A stretch of DNA of 64,000 nt from contig CAVYTU010000012.1 of assembly GCA_963771465.1 (NCBI GenBank), positions 32,001 through 96,000 on the forward strand. The letters run 5' to 3'. The notes beneath the pieces were generated by a model. The model was not told where the DNA came from. It saw only the letters and a list, made by a program, of their open reading frames with translations, and made no database searches. The position numbers and the translations under genes are program-made. The stretch is from an uncultured delta proteobacterium. GTDB taxonomy: Bacteria; Desulfobacterota; Binatia; UBA9968. Every line of letters begins with the position of its first letter. Position 1 is the first letter of the stretch. This document shows positions 27,259 to 37,934 of this stretch, piece by piece.

Positions 27259-27469
27259 CTAAAAAAAACTAACAATGACCGACCGCAATAACCGGTATGA
27301 GCGACAGCGGATTTCGCGGCGTAGTGCGGGAAGTAGAATAGCACATTAGTAAATGAGTGAACGAGTCAAAAATTAGTAGAGTTACGAAAGCGCAGATTAA
27401 CAAAATGTTCGGCGACGGTAATTCCCATACGGACATAAATCCAACCACCAAAACCCTACTGGACAATTC

Positions 27470-28300
27470 GTGAACGTAACTAGAGGCGAAATAACCGTCG
27501 GTAGATTCCTGATTCCATACCGGCTCTTTGGTCAAGGTAGCCGAATCTTGGTCTGTGTGAACGGTGCCCAGCAAACCATGGCGGCCTGGAGGCCTGTCGT
27601 AACCTATTTTTCAAAAGATTACAAATTATTGCTCTTCGATTTTCCCGGTCAGGGGCGAGCTCAAATCATCTTTGGTTCCGCCGTTGTTACCTTGGATGAG
27701 CAGGTCGAAGTCTTAAATCGAGTTCTCTCAGCACAAAATGCCCCTGACAAAGCGATCGTTGCCGGTGCCTCTTGGGGTGGGGTCGTGGTTGCGGCTTTTG
27801 CTTCGCGCTTTCCTCACTTAGTAGACAAAATCATATTGGCCAGTTTTGGCATCCGGGTAAACGAAAAGTTGGTGCAGGCGATTCGAGAAGGCCAACAATT
27901 GAATGGAACTGCAACCGGGGAACAGGTGGCCGATGTAATCATCAAGTACTTCGGACAGCATCTAAACGAAGCCTTCAAAAAGAGAATGCATGATCAATTT
28001 AAAAATATCAAAAAGGAGCATCTAGAGAATTTTCATGCGCATGGCCAGGTACTCAAAACGACCAAGCATATCAACGAAGTTGTCGACCTGCGTAGCATCA
28101 AAGCGCAGACACTAATTATCAATGGCGAAATGGATACCGTCATGGATTTCGACGATATTACGCTTGCGGCGGCCCAGATAGCGAATTGCGTGGTGAAAAT
28201 TGTACCGGGTGTGGGGCATTTCTTGCACAATGAGAGCGATGATGTCCTCGCTATTTATAGAGATTTTCTTTCCTTACCGTCGGAACTTCAACTGAGTTAG
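27470..28300 (+). CDS. Alpha/beta hydrolase resembling RhlA/PhaG acyltransferases
   Basis: VNGAQQT, LLFDFPGQG, ASWGG nucleophile, INGEMD, G.GHFL..ES; visibly AT-richer than neighbours. Confidence 0.75.
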   Translation: MNVTRGEITVGRFLIPYRLFGQGSRILVCVNGAQQTMAAWRPVVTYFSKDYKLLLFDFPGQGRAQIIFGSAVVTLDEQVEVLNRVLSAQNAPDKAIVAGASWGGVVVAAFASRFPHLVDKIILASFGIRVNEKLVQAIREGQQLNGTATGEQVADVIIKYFGQHLNEAFKKRMHDQFKNIKKEHLENFHAHGQVLKTTKHINEVVDLRSIKAQTLIINGEMDTVMDFDDITLAAAQIANCVVKIVPGVGHFLHNESDDVLAIYRDFLSLPSELQLS

Positions 28301-28390
28301 GTTTAGTTATTTCTTTCAAAAGTGCGACGGTAGATAAAGTTCACGGGTGAAAGAGTCGAAATGACAAAGTAGCAGGAAGATCCTAGAGAA

Positions 28391-28774
28391 ATGAAAATTG
28401 CACTCAAACGGTCTGCTCGTTGGTGGCGCCGCGATGCCATCCACGTGGCGACACTTTTCTTGGCCGTGCTCCTGCAGGTCTCGGGCTGCGCCAGCGAGCC
28501 AGCTCCGTCCTACGCACCACCACCGAGTACTTTTGATCGCTCTTGGAGCGCCGCTATCGCGGCGGCGCGGGATGAGGGTGTGCAGATTCTTTCCGAAGAC
28601 CGGGCGAGCGGAGTCATCATCGGCAACAGAGGCGAACAGGAGGTCACGATCAACGTCCGCAATCAGGCGGACGGCAGTGTGCGCATGGAATTTGGCGCGC
28701 GAGGTCCAAAGGGCTCGGACCCCGGCTTGGCCGGTCGAGTCTCGCGGGCCTACGACCGGAGAATGGGGCGGTAG
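28391..28774 (+). CDS. Hypothetical lipoprotein
   Basis: Lipobox VSGC; FDRSW.AA..A...GV.I..EDR.SGVI pattern. Confidence 0.65.
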   Translation: MKIALKRSARWWRRDAIHVATLFLAVLLQVSGCASEPAPSYAPPPSTFDRSWSAAIAAARDEGVQILSEDRASGVIIGNRGEQEVTINVRNQADGSVRMEFGARGPKGSDPGLAGRVSRAYDRRMGR

Positions 28775-28877
28775 AGGCAAGAGTCGGCTGCCGAAAGAAT
28801 GAAGTTGACAGAGAGCAGATCGGTGAGAGCCGGTGGCGTTTGCGCTTATAGGCACCCGCCGAGCACGCGAGTGGGTG

Positions 28878-28893
28878 TTGGACCAAAGTCCAA
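28878..28893. promoter_or_regulatory. Palindromic operator copy 3 (TTGGAC-CAAA-GTCCAA)
   Basis: Perfect 6-4-6 inverted repeat, followed by an extended -10-like TGCTAGCGT at 28914-28922. Confidence 0.7.
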
Positions 28894-29072
28894 TAGTCGC
28901 AACCGTACGCGTTTGCTAGCGTGATGACGCGACGCACTCGTTCGGCATCGACGACGACCGCGGCCGCGGTTTAGCGAAGACCATTCTCTGCAGTTTACTA
29001 CGCCGATTTTTCCAGATATGTTTCTAAATTCTCAAAGGTGTTTGATGAGAGGAGGACGAACATGGTGAGGAT

Positions 29073-29801
29073 ATGATCGGCAAGTTATTCGGCGCATTGT
29101 TGTGTTTCGGTCTTGCCGCGTGCGGGCAAACGGGCATTCGAAAAGCGGTTCTGACTACGGAAAAAAATCTGCCACGGCCTTCGCGCATTCTTGTCTATGA
29201 TTTCGCCGTGAGTGAGCGCGAAATTACCGAGTATCAGGGAATCATGCGCCAGCAGCCGAGCATAAAGGATCCGGCCGAGCGCGAGCGACTGATCGCCCAG
29301 GAGGTGAAAGACGCGCTCGCCGAAGAAGTTGCCGATGGGTTGCGCAAGCTCGGATTTACCGTGGAGCGGGTCAGCCGCGCGACGACGGTGGCCGAAAACG
29401 AATTGCTCATCGATGGTCAATTTCTTACCGTGGAAGAGGGAAGTCCGCTGCGGCGTTTGGTGATCGGCTTTGGCTCCGGCAACTCGACCGTCAAGTCCCG
29501 TGCGCAGGTTTACCGGGGTGGAAGTTCCCGGAAGGTGCTTGAATTTACCACTCACTCGGATAGCGGCAGCCTGCCGGGTGCGGCGCCCATGCTTGGCGCT
29601 GGCGCGGCGGTGCAGGGGGGAGTCACCGCGGGGATGGTGGTTGCGAATACCGCCGTCTCGGGGGTCAAAACTTACAAATCGGATGTCGTGCGAATGGCCG
29701 CTGCCAGCGGCGATCACGTTGTGCGCTACCTCTCGGAGTTTTTCGCCCAACAGAGCTGGAACCGTGCGGATCAATGGCGCAAGGCGCGGATCGCGTACTG
29801 A
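29073..29801 (+). CDS. DUF4410-like lipoprotein
   Basis: Lipobox LAAC; P.RILVYDF, IDGQF..VEEGS.LRRLVIGFG.G. Confidence 0.8.
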   Translation: MIGKLFGALLCFGLAACGQTGIRKAVLTTEKNLPRPSRILVYDFAVSEREITEYQGIMRQQPSIKDPAERERLIAQEVKDALAEEVADGLRKLGFTVERVSRATTVAENELLIDGQFLTVEEGSPLRRLVIGFGSGNSTVKSRAQVYRGGSSRKVLEFTTHSDSGSLPGAAPMLGAGAAVQGGVTAGMVVANTAVSGVKTYKSDVVRMAAASGDHVVRYLSEFFAQQSWNRADQWRKARIAY

Positions 29802-29881
29802 GCGGTTGCGCGATGGAAGACTCGTCGCGGCACCTTGTTCGGTGTTCCGGTCCGGATCATGATGCTAGTAGTTGACGCGGA

Positions 29882-31453
29882 TTGATCATGGCCAAACGAC
29901 TAAAAATCTGCCTCATCAATCCCAAGTTTGAACCTTCCTACTGGGGTTTCGAATATGCGTTGCCGCTTTATCCCGGCAACAAGAAATCTTCGATGATCAC
30001 CGGCGCGCTGCCCTATCTCGCCGGTCTAGTCCCAGAACACGAAGTCCGGTTACTCGACGAAAATGTCGAGGAGATTTTATGGCAGGAACTCGGTCATTAC
30101 GACATCGTCGGCGTGACTGGAATGAATGTGCAAAAGGATCGCATGCGGCAGATCCTGGAGAAGCTCCGGGAGATGAAGCTCTTCACCGTGGTGGGCGGTG
30201 CCTACGCTTCAGTCGACGAAAGCTATTTCGATGGTTTGTGCAGTGTTCTGTTCTCCGGAGAAGCCGATGAAACCTGGCCCGAATTTGTCCGCTGCTTCGC
30301 CGAAGGAAAAAACTACGACCGCCTTTACAAGCAACCGCATCCCACCGATATGACCACAGTCCCCAAGCCCCGCTTCGATCTTCTCAAGGTCGATCGTTAT
30401 GCTTCAGGGGCACTGCAGTTCTCCCGTGGTTGCCCATTTCAGTGCGAGTTCTGTGACATCATAGTCACCTTCGGCCGCCGCCCCCGCACTAAGCAGCCTG
30501 AACAAGTTATAGAGGAGCTCGACGAAATGCGCCGGGTGGGTTTTTACTCTTGTTTCATCGTCGATGACAATTTTATCGGTAATAAGAAAGCCGCCAAAGC
30601 GTTGCTTCGGCTGATCATCCCTTGGCAGCAAAAGAATGGCTATCCGTTGCGTTTGACCACTGAAGCGAGCGTCAACTTAGCCGACGATGCCGAGTTGCTC
30701 GAACTGCTCTACCAGGCCAATTTTCGCTCGGTGTTTGTCGGCATTGAAACTCCCCGGGTCGCTTCGCTCAATGAAACCAAGAAATTTCAAAACACCAGGG
30801 GAGACTCGCTAGAGGCCAAGCTGATCCGGATTCGCAACGCCGGCTTGGAAGTCAGCGCCGGATTCATCGTTGGTTTTGACAACGATGACGAAACGATCTT
30901 CGAAGATCAGTTTCGTTTCATCCAGGACAATGGAATCCTATTAGCGATGGTTGGCATGCTCACGGCGGTGCCTAAGACCCCGCTGTATGAACGGCTGGAA
31001 AAGGCCGGGCGGCTCAGGCTTGACGATCCCAACTGTAACATCGTCCCCGAGCAGATGACGCCGCAAGAACTCCAGCAAGGTTACTGGCAACTTCTCAAAC
31101 GGTTGTACGACCCGCAAGCCTTCTTCGACCGCTATTTCCAAGTCAATGAGTATCCCGATTTCAAGCGCCGGCGGGCGGAGATCAGCGTGCGGGCCAATGA
31201 AGGGAAGGCATTGCCGACCCTCGTGTATGGGCTGTTGTTGCTTCGGAGATTAATCGTCGCTCTCGTCAAAGAGCGCAGCTTGATGACGATCGGTGCGGTC
31301 TATTTCAGAAACTTCTTCCAACGCAGTCTACCGGTGCGCGCCGATATAATCGGTTTCGCGCAATTCATGAACCGCTGCGTGACCCATTGGCATTTCTACA
31401 AGTTTACCCGCGAAGGCACGGCCGGAAAACTGCGCTTGTTTAACTCCGGGTGA
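29882..31453 (+). CDS. B12-binding radical SAM protein (DUF4070/HpnP-related class)
   Basis: N-terminal cobalamin-binding region (VGVTGM, VVGGAYAS, GEADE); CPFQCEFC; DDNFIGN; GFIVGFDND. Confidence 0.9.
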   Translation: MIMAKRLKICLINPKFEPSYWGFEYALPLYPGNKKSSMITGALPYLAGLVPEHEVRLLDENVEEILWQELGHYDIVGVTGMNVQKDRMRQILEKLREMKLFTVVGGAYASVDESYFDGLCSVLFSGEADETWPEFVRCFAEGKNYDRLYKQPHPTDMTTVPKPRFDLLKVDRYASGALQFSRGCPFQCEFCDIIVTFGRRPRTKQPEQVIEELDEMRRVGFYSCFIVDDNFIGNKKAAKALLRLIIPWQQKNGYPLRLTTEASVNLADDAELLELLYQANFRSVFVGIETPRVASLNETKKFQNTRGDSLEAKLIRIRNAGLEVSAGFIVGFDNDDETIFEDQFRFIQDNGILLAMVGMLTAVPKTPLYERLEKAGRLRLDDPNCNIVPEQMTPQELQQGYWQLLKRLYDPQAFFDRYFQVNEYPDFKRRRAEISVRANEGKALPTLVYGLLLLRRLIVALVKERSLMTIGAVYFRNFFQRSLPVRADIIGFAQFMNRCVTHWHFYKFTREGTAGKLRLFNSG

Positions 31454-31498
31454 GAAGGCGTGCAAGTAGCCTGAATATTTCTTGAGACTCGAAAACGC

Positions 31499-32503
31499 AT
31501 GATGAAAGTCACGTTACGGGTATTAACTGGCGCAGCGATTATTGCGATAACAGTTTGGTGTGTCGGCGTTTTATATTTTTCGCCGCTGTTACCTGAATCT
31601 TGGCGCACGTTTGGCGCTGGCGGCTACGCAGCGCTTACGATTATGGCTTTTCTATTTCTGCCGCATCGTGGCAGAACCGTGCTCGGAGCTTTGGCGGCTT
31701 TCGGCATTTTAGTTTTTCTATTCTTGAGGATTCCCGCATCGAATACCCGTGATTGGCAGCCTGAGGTGGCGTATGCGCCTTATGCGACGACCATCAATGG
31801 TGACGTCATCACGATTCACAACCTGCGAAACTTCAACTATCGCACGGAAAACGATTTCGACGCGCGCTGGGAAGAGCGCACTTACGATCTCAGCAAGCTC
31901 GATTCAGTGGATATCATCGCGGTTTACTGGGCCGGGAAAGCCATTGCCCATGTGATGGTGAGCTTTGGTTTCGCGGGTAAAGATTACCTTACGGTGTCGA
32001 TCGAAACCCGCAAGGAGAAAGGCGAGAACTACTCCACGCTCGCCGGCTTTTTTCGCCAGTACGAACTCTATTACGTCGTCGCCGATGAGCGCGATGTGAT
32101 TCGCGTGCGCACCACTTATCGCCAACCCCATGAGGACGTCTATGTTTACCGAACCAACGCGCCAATTAAAAACATCCGGCGGATTTTTCTTGATTACATC
32201 AAGACGATGAATGAGCTGCGCGATCGGCCGAGTTATTACAATACGCTGACGACCAATTGCACGACCAGCGTGCTGTTTCATACGCGCATGAACCCCGAGT
32301 CGCCGCCGATGTCGTGGAAGGTTCTATTGAGCGGCTATGTGCCGGATTATCTGTATGAGCTCGGCCGCCTCGATAAGACAAGATCGTTCGTAGAGCTGGA
32401 GCGGATTTCGCGCGTCAATGAACGCGCTCGCGCCGCCGGCTCTGACGCTACTTTTTCGCAACGTATCAGAGAAGGATTGCCTAACCCAGGTGTCATGCCA
32501 TGA
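31499..32503 (+). CDS. DUF4105 (Lnb N-terminal-like) membrane protein
   Basis: Three N-terminal TM helices; PASNTRDW, IAHVMVSFGF, SIETRKE, YNTLTTNCTT. Confidence 0.85.
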   Translation: MMKVTLRVLTGAAIIAITVWCVGVLYFSPLLPESWRTFGAGGYAALTIMAFLFLPHRGRTVLGALAAFGILVFLFLRIPASNTRDWQPEVAYAPYATTINGDVITIHNLRNFNYRTENDFDARWEERTYDLSKLDSVDIIAVYWAGKAIAHVMVSFGFAGKDYLTVSIETRKEKGENYSTLAGFFRQYELYYVVADERDVIRVRTTYRQPHEDVYVYRTNAPIKNIRRIFLDYIKTMNELRDRPSYYNTLTTNCTTSVLFHTRMNPESPPMSWKVLLSGYVPDYLYELGRLDKTRSFVELERISRVNERARAAGSDATFSQRIREGLPNPGVMP

Positions 32504-34365
32504 AATTATTTGGAATTCGTCGATCTTTGCCACAGGGAATATTGTTCATCACGGCTGTTGCATTCCTGTGCTTCACCGCAGGTTGCGCCACGCCCATCGG
32601 CGTCAATCGCGTCGATCTCGCCGTCGCCTATCATTCACTCACTGCCAATGCGATATCGGCCGAGAGGGCAAGCTCTTTTTCGTCGCGCGAGTTGATCAAC
32701 CTCAACTTGTACCAGCGCTTCGATAAAGACCCTCAAGGAGCGCTGGCCGAACTGCATTCGGGTTTGGCGCCAAAAGGCGACGAAGATCGCATCTTCGCCT
32801 TGGCCGAGCTTTCCTTTCTGCACGCCCAGAACAGTGGAGATCGATCCTATTATCTGGCGGCAGCCGTCTATGCCTATGCATTTATCCTTCCCGGCAAGCA
32901 AGGCACGGCGCCCCGGGGAATCGACCCACGACTGCGTTGGGCGGTAGACCTCTACAATCAGTCGCTCGCCCAAGCTGCGAAGACAGATGAAGGCGCGTAC
33001 GCCATAGCGATGGGCGGTAAGTTCAAGCTGCCCTTCGGCGAGCTTACCGTCGAGTTCAACGAGCGCGATCTCATATGGTTCGGCTTCCGCATGAAGGATT
33101 TTGTTCCCGCGGCAGACCTCGAGGTGCGCGGATTGCGCAATCGGTATCGAACTCCCGGCGTTGGTGCCGCTCTCGCCGCGTCGATCGAGCCGCTGGAGGG
33201 GGCGGCGGACAAACAGTCCCTGCGTATTCCACCCCGGCTAAAGATCCCGGTCACAGCGTTTTTGCGGCTGGAAGATCCGCGCGCAGCATTGGCTTCGGGA
33301 AAGTTGAAAGGCAATTTGGAGTTTTACACTCCGGACTCCACAAGATCGCTCAAGATCCAAGGCGTCGACGTTCCGATCGAATATGAAACGACTTCGGCCC
33401 TCGCCCTGACTTTGGAAGGGGCGCCGGTTTGGGATTCCGAGATCGCCGGTTTCCGGTCCGGTGACTTTACCGGCGGCGCAAACTTGCGGGAAGGATTGTT
33501 CATGATGCACCCGCACAAAACCGGCCGTATCCCGGTCGTGCTCGTGCACGGCACAGCCTCAAGCCCGGCGCGCTGGGCCGAGCTCGTCAACGAATTGGAG
33601 AACGATCCCAGGTTTTGGGAAAATTACGAGATCTGGCTGTTCATGTACAATACAGGAAATCCCGTCGCCTATTCGGCGATGCTCCTGCGCGACGCTTTGG
33701 CGAAGGTTGTCAAGGAGCTCGACCCCGACGATAAAGACACGGGGCTCAAGCGAATGGTCGTCACGGGGCACAGCCAGGGCGGATTACTGACCAAGATGAC
33801 GGTGATCGACAGCGGCACGCGCCTTTGGCCTTTCAGTGTGCCGCCGGAAGAGTTGGACCTTGACATTGAAACACGCGAGCTTCTTACCCACGCACTGATG
33901 ATCAAGCCGCTGCCGTTTGTGCGCCGAGTGATATTTATCGCAACGCCGCATCGCGGCAGTTACCAGGCTCTAGGCATTCTGGGAAGCTTCGCCTCTTGGA
34001 TGGTGAATTTGCCGGGCCGTTTTACCAAGTTGAGTTTCGACCTCTTGACGCTGCAGACGGAAGGGATTGTTCTCGGTCCAACGAGCGGCGCCTCCCGACC
34101 AGCATCGATAACATGAACCCCACCAATCGATTCATCGTCGGTTTATCCGCAATCCCCATCGCCGATGGAGTCGATCGCCAACTCCATCGTTGGCGTTGAA
34201 GGCGGTGGGCCGCCGGCAGAAGGAGGAGACGGCGTCGTCAAATATTCGAGCGCGCATATCGACGGCGTCGAATCGGAGAAGATTGTAAACTCGGCACATT
34301 CGATGCAGAGCAATCCGGAAACGATTCAGGAAGTGAAGCGCATCCTGTTCGAGCACGCGAAATAA
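32500..34365 (+). CDS. Lipoprotein with alpha/beta hydrolase (lipase-like) domain, frameshifted near the 3' end
   Basis: Lipobox TAGC; IPVVLVHG, GHSQGG, FIATPHRGS, GDGVV.Y.SAH; ATGA overlap with DUF4105. Confidence 0.85.
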
Positions 34366-34635
34366 ATGCCGTGATGCAGGCCAGAATGAGGCGGCTATCG
34401 CGCGAAGAGAAGGACCTACTGATTGACCCGTTAGGTGCCTCAAGAAAATAACTGGATACTCGCCAACGTGTAACCGTTGTTTCCACAAGGGTTCCAACTA
34501 CGACGACTTCGTGAGTTCGTCCCGTCTGGCTCCAAGGATCAGACGCTCGGCACGTGCTAGGGTCTCGTCAGCCCGGTAGATCTCGACCCTTGGAATCGGT
34601 CTTCTGTACGCTTTGGTAAACGGAACGAAACGGTA

Positions 34636-34672
34636 CACAAGGGTTCTTTGTGCTGTGCCGCCGCGTCCACCA
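34636..34672 (+). mobile_element. Putative attachment site: isolated tmRNA/tRNA-Ala-like 3' end
   Basis: CCGCCGCGTCCACCA (34658-72) matches a T-stem 3' arm + acceptor strand + ACCA; no 5' half of an RNA gene upstream; preceded by imperfect palindrome CACAAGGGTTCTTTGTG. Confidence 0.55.
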
Positions 34673-35254
34673 AATTTCCTTCCACCATTCAGAATCCTCC
34701 CTCGACCCACGCGGTTAATTCAAATACGGAATCTGGGCTTATTCCAACCTTGGGGCAAAACTTCCGTGTTGGGGTTCCGGCGTAATTCATTGGGGCGGCC
34801 TGCCACGGGCTCAGCGCGCCGCGTTTGGCGATCTCGCAGGGATTCTTCGCTGCGAGTGCAGTGCCGAGTGCTAGCGAAAACCCGATCTTCGATTGCGGCG
34901 ACGAATTGCCGACTTTCACGAGCGGTTGGAAGTGATCGCCAAGGCGATTGTCAATTACGAGCGATTCGAGCCGTTGCTGATTCGCTACCAAGATTTAGCC
35001 AAAGAGCTGCTTAGACAAACAACGCCGAATCCCTAGCGCACGCCGGTTCCACTCATCGTTCGACTCCATATTCCACTCAAACTCCGCCGGATTATTTTCC
35101 ACTTACGTCATACATGCTCTGTTCTTTGCGTTGGTAGCCGTCGGCTAAATAAAAATTCAAGCGAGATTCGCGTGCGGCATTGACTTCCACTATCGGCTAT
35201 GAAAATAGGGACGGGAGTTATTGTCGGTCATGTAATTATTACCTGGAGGAACGG

Positions 35255-36450
35255 ATGACGAATTGGCTCTGGATCGGTTCATCGGCATTACTCTGTCTTA
35301 CAGTGGATAGTGATCCACTTCTGCAGGCGGACATCCGCCGCCGCATTGGATGGCGCTTAGCTCCGGCGTGGCGATTTTTGGCGCGGCGTTCATGCTTTCA
35401 TGGGCCGCGGAACTGGCGCAGAAAGATATTCCCCAAGCTTTAGCGATCGCGCTGCTCGCGTTGATCGCGGTGCTTCCTGAGTATGCAGTCGATATGTACT
35501 TCGCTTGGCAGGCCGGTAAAGACCCGAAATACACGGCGTTCGCGATGGCGAACATGACCGGCGCCAACCGCTTGTTGATCGGTGTCGGTTGGGCGGCCGT
35601 GGTGCTGACTTATTTTCTTAAGACCGGAATAAAAACCATCCAACTCGAACCTGGCCATAGGAGTGAAATTTTATATTTGGGCCTGGCGACGGTTTACTCG
35701 TTTCTGATTCCCATCAAAGGGCGTCTCGATTTGATGGATGCGGTCGTCTTCATCGCGATTTTCCTTCTCTACATGCGCGCCGCGTCCAAGGCCGAGCATG
35801 TGGAGACTGAGCTAGAAGGGCCGCCGGCGATGATCGAAGGCTGGGGTGAAGGTGCACGACGGCTGTTCACCGTGCTGTTCTTTTTGTATTCCGGATTTAC
35901 GATTTTTATCGCGGCGGAACCTTTCGCCGAAGGACTCTTGGCGACCGGCCGTACGTTCGGCATCGAGGAGTTCATCCTGGTTCAATGGCTAGCGCCATTG
36001 GCCTCCGAGTCGCCGGAGTTCATTGTCGCGATCTTGTTCGCGCTGAAAGCGCAGCCCGGCACGGCCATGGGGGCTTTGCTGTCGTCGAAGGTCAATCAAT
36101 GGACGTTGCTCATCGGCATGCTGCCGGTGGTTTTCATGATCTCCGCCGGAAGCATGGCACCTATGGTCATGGATCAACGCCAAATTGAAGAGATGTTCTT
36201 GACTGCGGCGCAGTCTTTGTTCGCCGTGGCAATTCTCGCCAATCTGTCCTTTTCGCTCTTCGAAGCGACAGTTATTTTTCTGCTGTTCTCGACGCAGTTG
36301 TTTTTTCCCGACCCGCAGTTCCGTTTCTACTATTCGTTCCTTTATATTTTTCTTGCCATCGGCTTGGTGGTGGCAAAGAAAGATGTCCGAGCGGGCGTGC
36401 TTGGACTTTTCTCCCGCGGAAGTCCGGCGGGAGTTTTGGAAAAGCACTAG
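35255..36450 (+). CDS. Sodium:calcium antiporter family protein (indel near 5' end)
   Basis: IAVLPEYAVD, ANMTGANRLL, LAPLASESPE, SSKVNQWTLL; RBS GGAGGA before ATG at 35255. Confidence 0.88.
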
Positions 36451-36532
36451 ACTCGCATCGTTCTTCATGCCAGCTTACTTGTGAATAGGGTGGCGCTCTC
36501 AAGCGTCTGTCCGCTGACGGAGGGCAGAGCGT

Positions 36533-36856
36533 ATGGCATTAAAACCGACGGGGATCGTCAGACAGCTCGGATGGCGCGGCTTCTTTCAGCTGCTCACCCA
36601 CCTGCCGAGTTTCGCCCGACTCTTTTCGCGCTTGATCCAAGACCCGCGCGTATCGGCGAGTCCCAAACTGATCGTCGCGGGAATTTTGGCCTACGTGATT
36701 TTGCCGACGGATTTACTGCCGGATTTCCTCATCGGCGTGGGGCAAATGGACGATCTCGCCGTGATCCTCGGTGGACTGAAGTTATTCCTGCGGCTTTGCC
36801 CGCCTGAAATCGTGCAAGAGCATCTCAAGGCGATCTCCGCCGGGCGTGAACGCTAG
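36533..36856 (+). CDS. YkvA/DUF1232 family protein
   Basis: Y.ILP.DLLPDF..GVGQMDDL. Confidence 0.9.
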   Translation: MALKPTGIVRQLGWRGFFQLLTHLPSFARLFSRLIQDPRVSASPKLIVAGILAYVILPTDLLPDFLIGVGQMDDLAVILGGLKLFLRLCPPEIVQEHLKAISAGRER

Positions 36857-36935
36857 TCGTGAATATGAATAGGGTTTATTGAATATGCCCTGGCAATCAC
36901 TTTTTTAGACCGAGGGCTGCCTCGCCGGCAAAGTT

Positions 36936-37145
36936 TTAGTGCTTGGCCGCGGCTTTTTCTTCCTTGATATTCTCGTGGATCATGCGTGGTACGCCGCCGC
37001 AGCTAAAGCAGCGCGGCGGTTCATGTTTGGTTTCACCTTCCGGGTAACGCATGAAGCGGCGGTAAAAGGGCTTCTCGGTGCCGACGAAGTCGTCGTAGTA
37101 AAACGCTAGCTTGCCGCACTCACTGCATTGTAAATATTTCGCCAT
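36936..37145 (-). CDS. Small zinc-ribbon-like protein
   Basis: CSEC...CFSC pair, RBS GAGGA. Confidence 0.7.
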   Translation of the reverse strand: MAKYLQCSECGKLAFYYDDFVGTEKPFYRRFMRYPEGETKHEPPRCFSCGGVPRMIHENIKEEKAAAKH

Positions 37146-37326
37146 AGTTTCCTCTGTGCGTCGTTCGGTTTCTCGTGTCGGAGAGAATACTCACGAACCT
37201 TGGCAAGGTCAATATCGTCGGACGCAGGGTTGAGAAATGGGCGATTTTGTTGCATGGGATATGAGGTGTGAACGTAGTGTGGCATAGCCAATGATATCAT
37301 CAGCAAATAGCAGGAGGACATAAACT

Positions 37327-37926
37327 ATGGCGATCAAACTGTTCAATTCCCAAACTTCGATGTTTTGCGAAAAGGTCCGCATGGTCTTCGCGCTCAAGAA
37401 AGTGCCCTACGAAGTCATCGACGTGCGCGCGGACGAGCGCAAATCTTTGCTGGAATATACCAACCAGCGCAAGGTGCCGACGCTCAACTACAATGGCGAA
37501 TGTGTCATTGACTCGACGGTGATCTCGGCGCGGCTGGAGAAGGATTATCCGCAGAACAGTATCTATCCCGACGGCGCCGCGAACAAAGGGCTTTGCTTGG
37601 CCTTGGAAGACTGGTCCGATGAAGTACTGATCCACGCCAACCACGCCATGCGGCGGGCGGATAATCCGGAGGCGAAACAGAAAGCGCAGGCGGAGTGGGA
37701 TAGCCATTTCAAAACTCTCGACCAGATGTACGCCGGTAAGAAGTTCATCTTCGATAAGTTGACCCTTGCTGACATCTCGATCTTCTCGCAATTGCATTAT
37801 TTATACACGGCGGTCAAATACGATGTGCCGGCGGAGTACAAGAACGTCCATGCCTTTCTGGATAACATGCGCCGGACGCTCAAGCTCAATTCCCTCGCCG
37901 ACAGTTTTGATGCGCCTTCGCTCTAG
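37327..37926 (+). CDS. Glutathione S-transferase family protein
   Basis: SMFCEKVR, KVPTL, IDSTVI, LTLADI; RBS CAGGAGG. Confidence 0.9.
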   Translation: MAIKLFNSQTSMFCEKVRMVFALKKVPYEVIDVRADERKSLLEYTNQRKVPTLNYNGECVIDSTVISARLEKDYPQNSIYPDGAANKGLCLALEDWSDEVLIHANHAMRRADNPEAKQKAQAEWDSHFKTLDQMYAGKKFIFDKLTLADISIFSQLHYLYTAVKYDVPAEYKNVHAFLDNMRRTLKLNSLADSFDAPSL

Positions 37927-37934
37927 AATCTGGC

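Noticed and set aside
34690-35100. Possible gene remnant (..RIADFHERLEVIAKAIVNYERFEPLL..) right of the att site
   Set aside because: Protein-like, but no clear start or family assignment.
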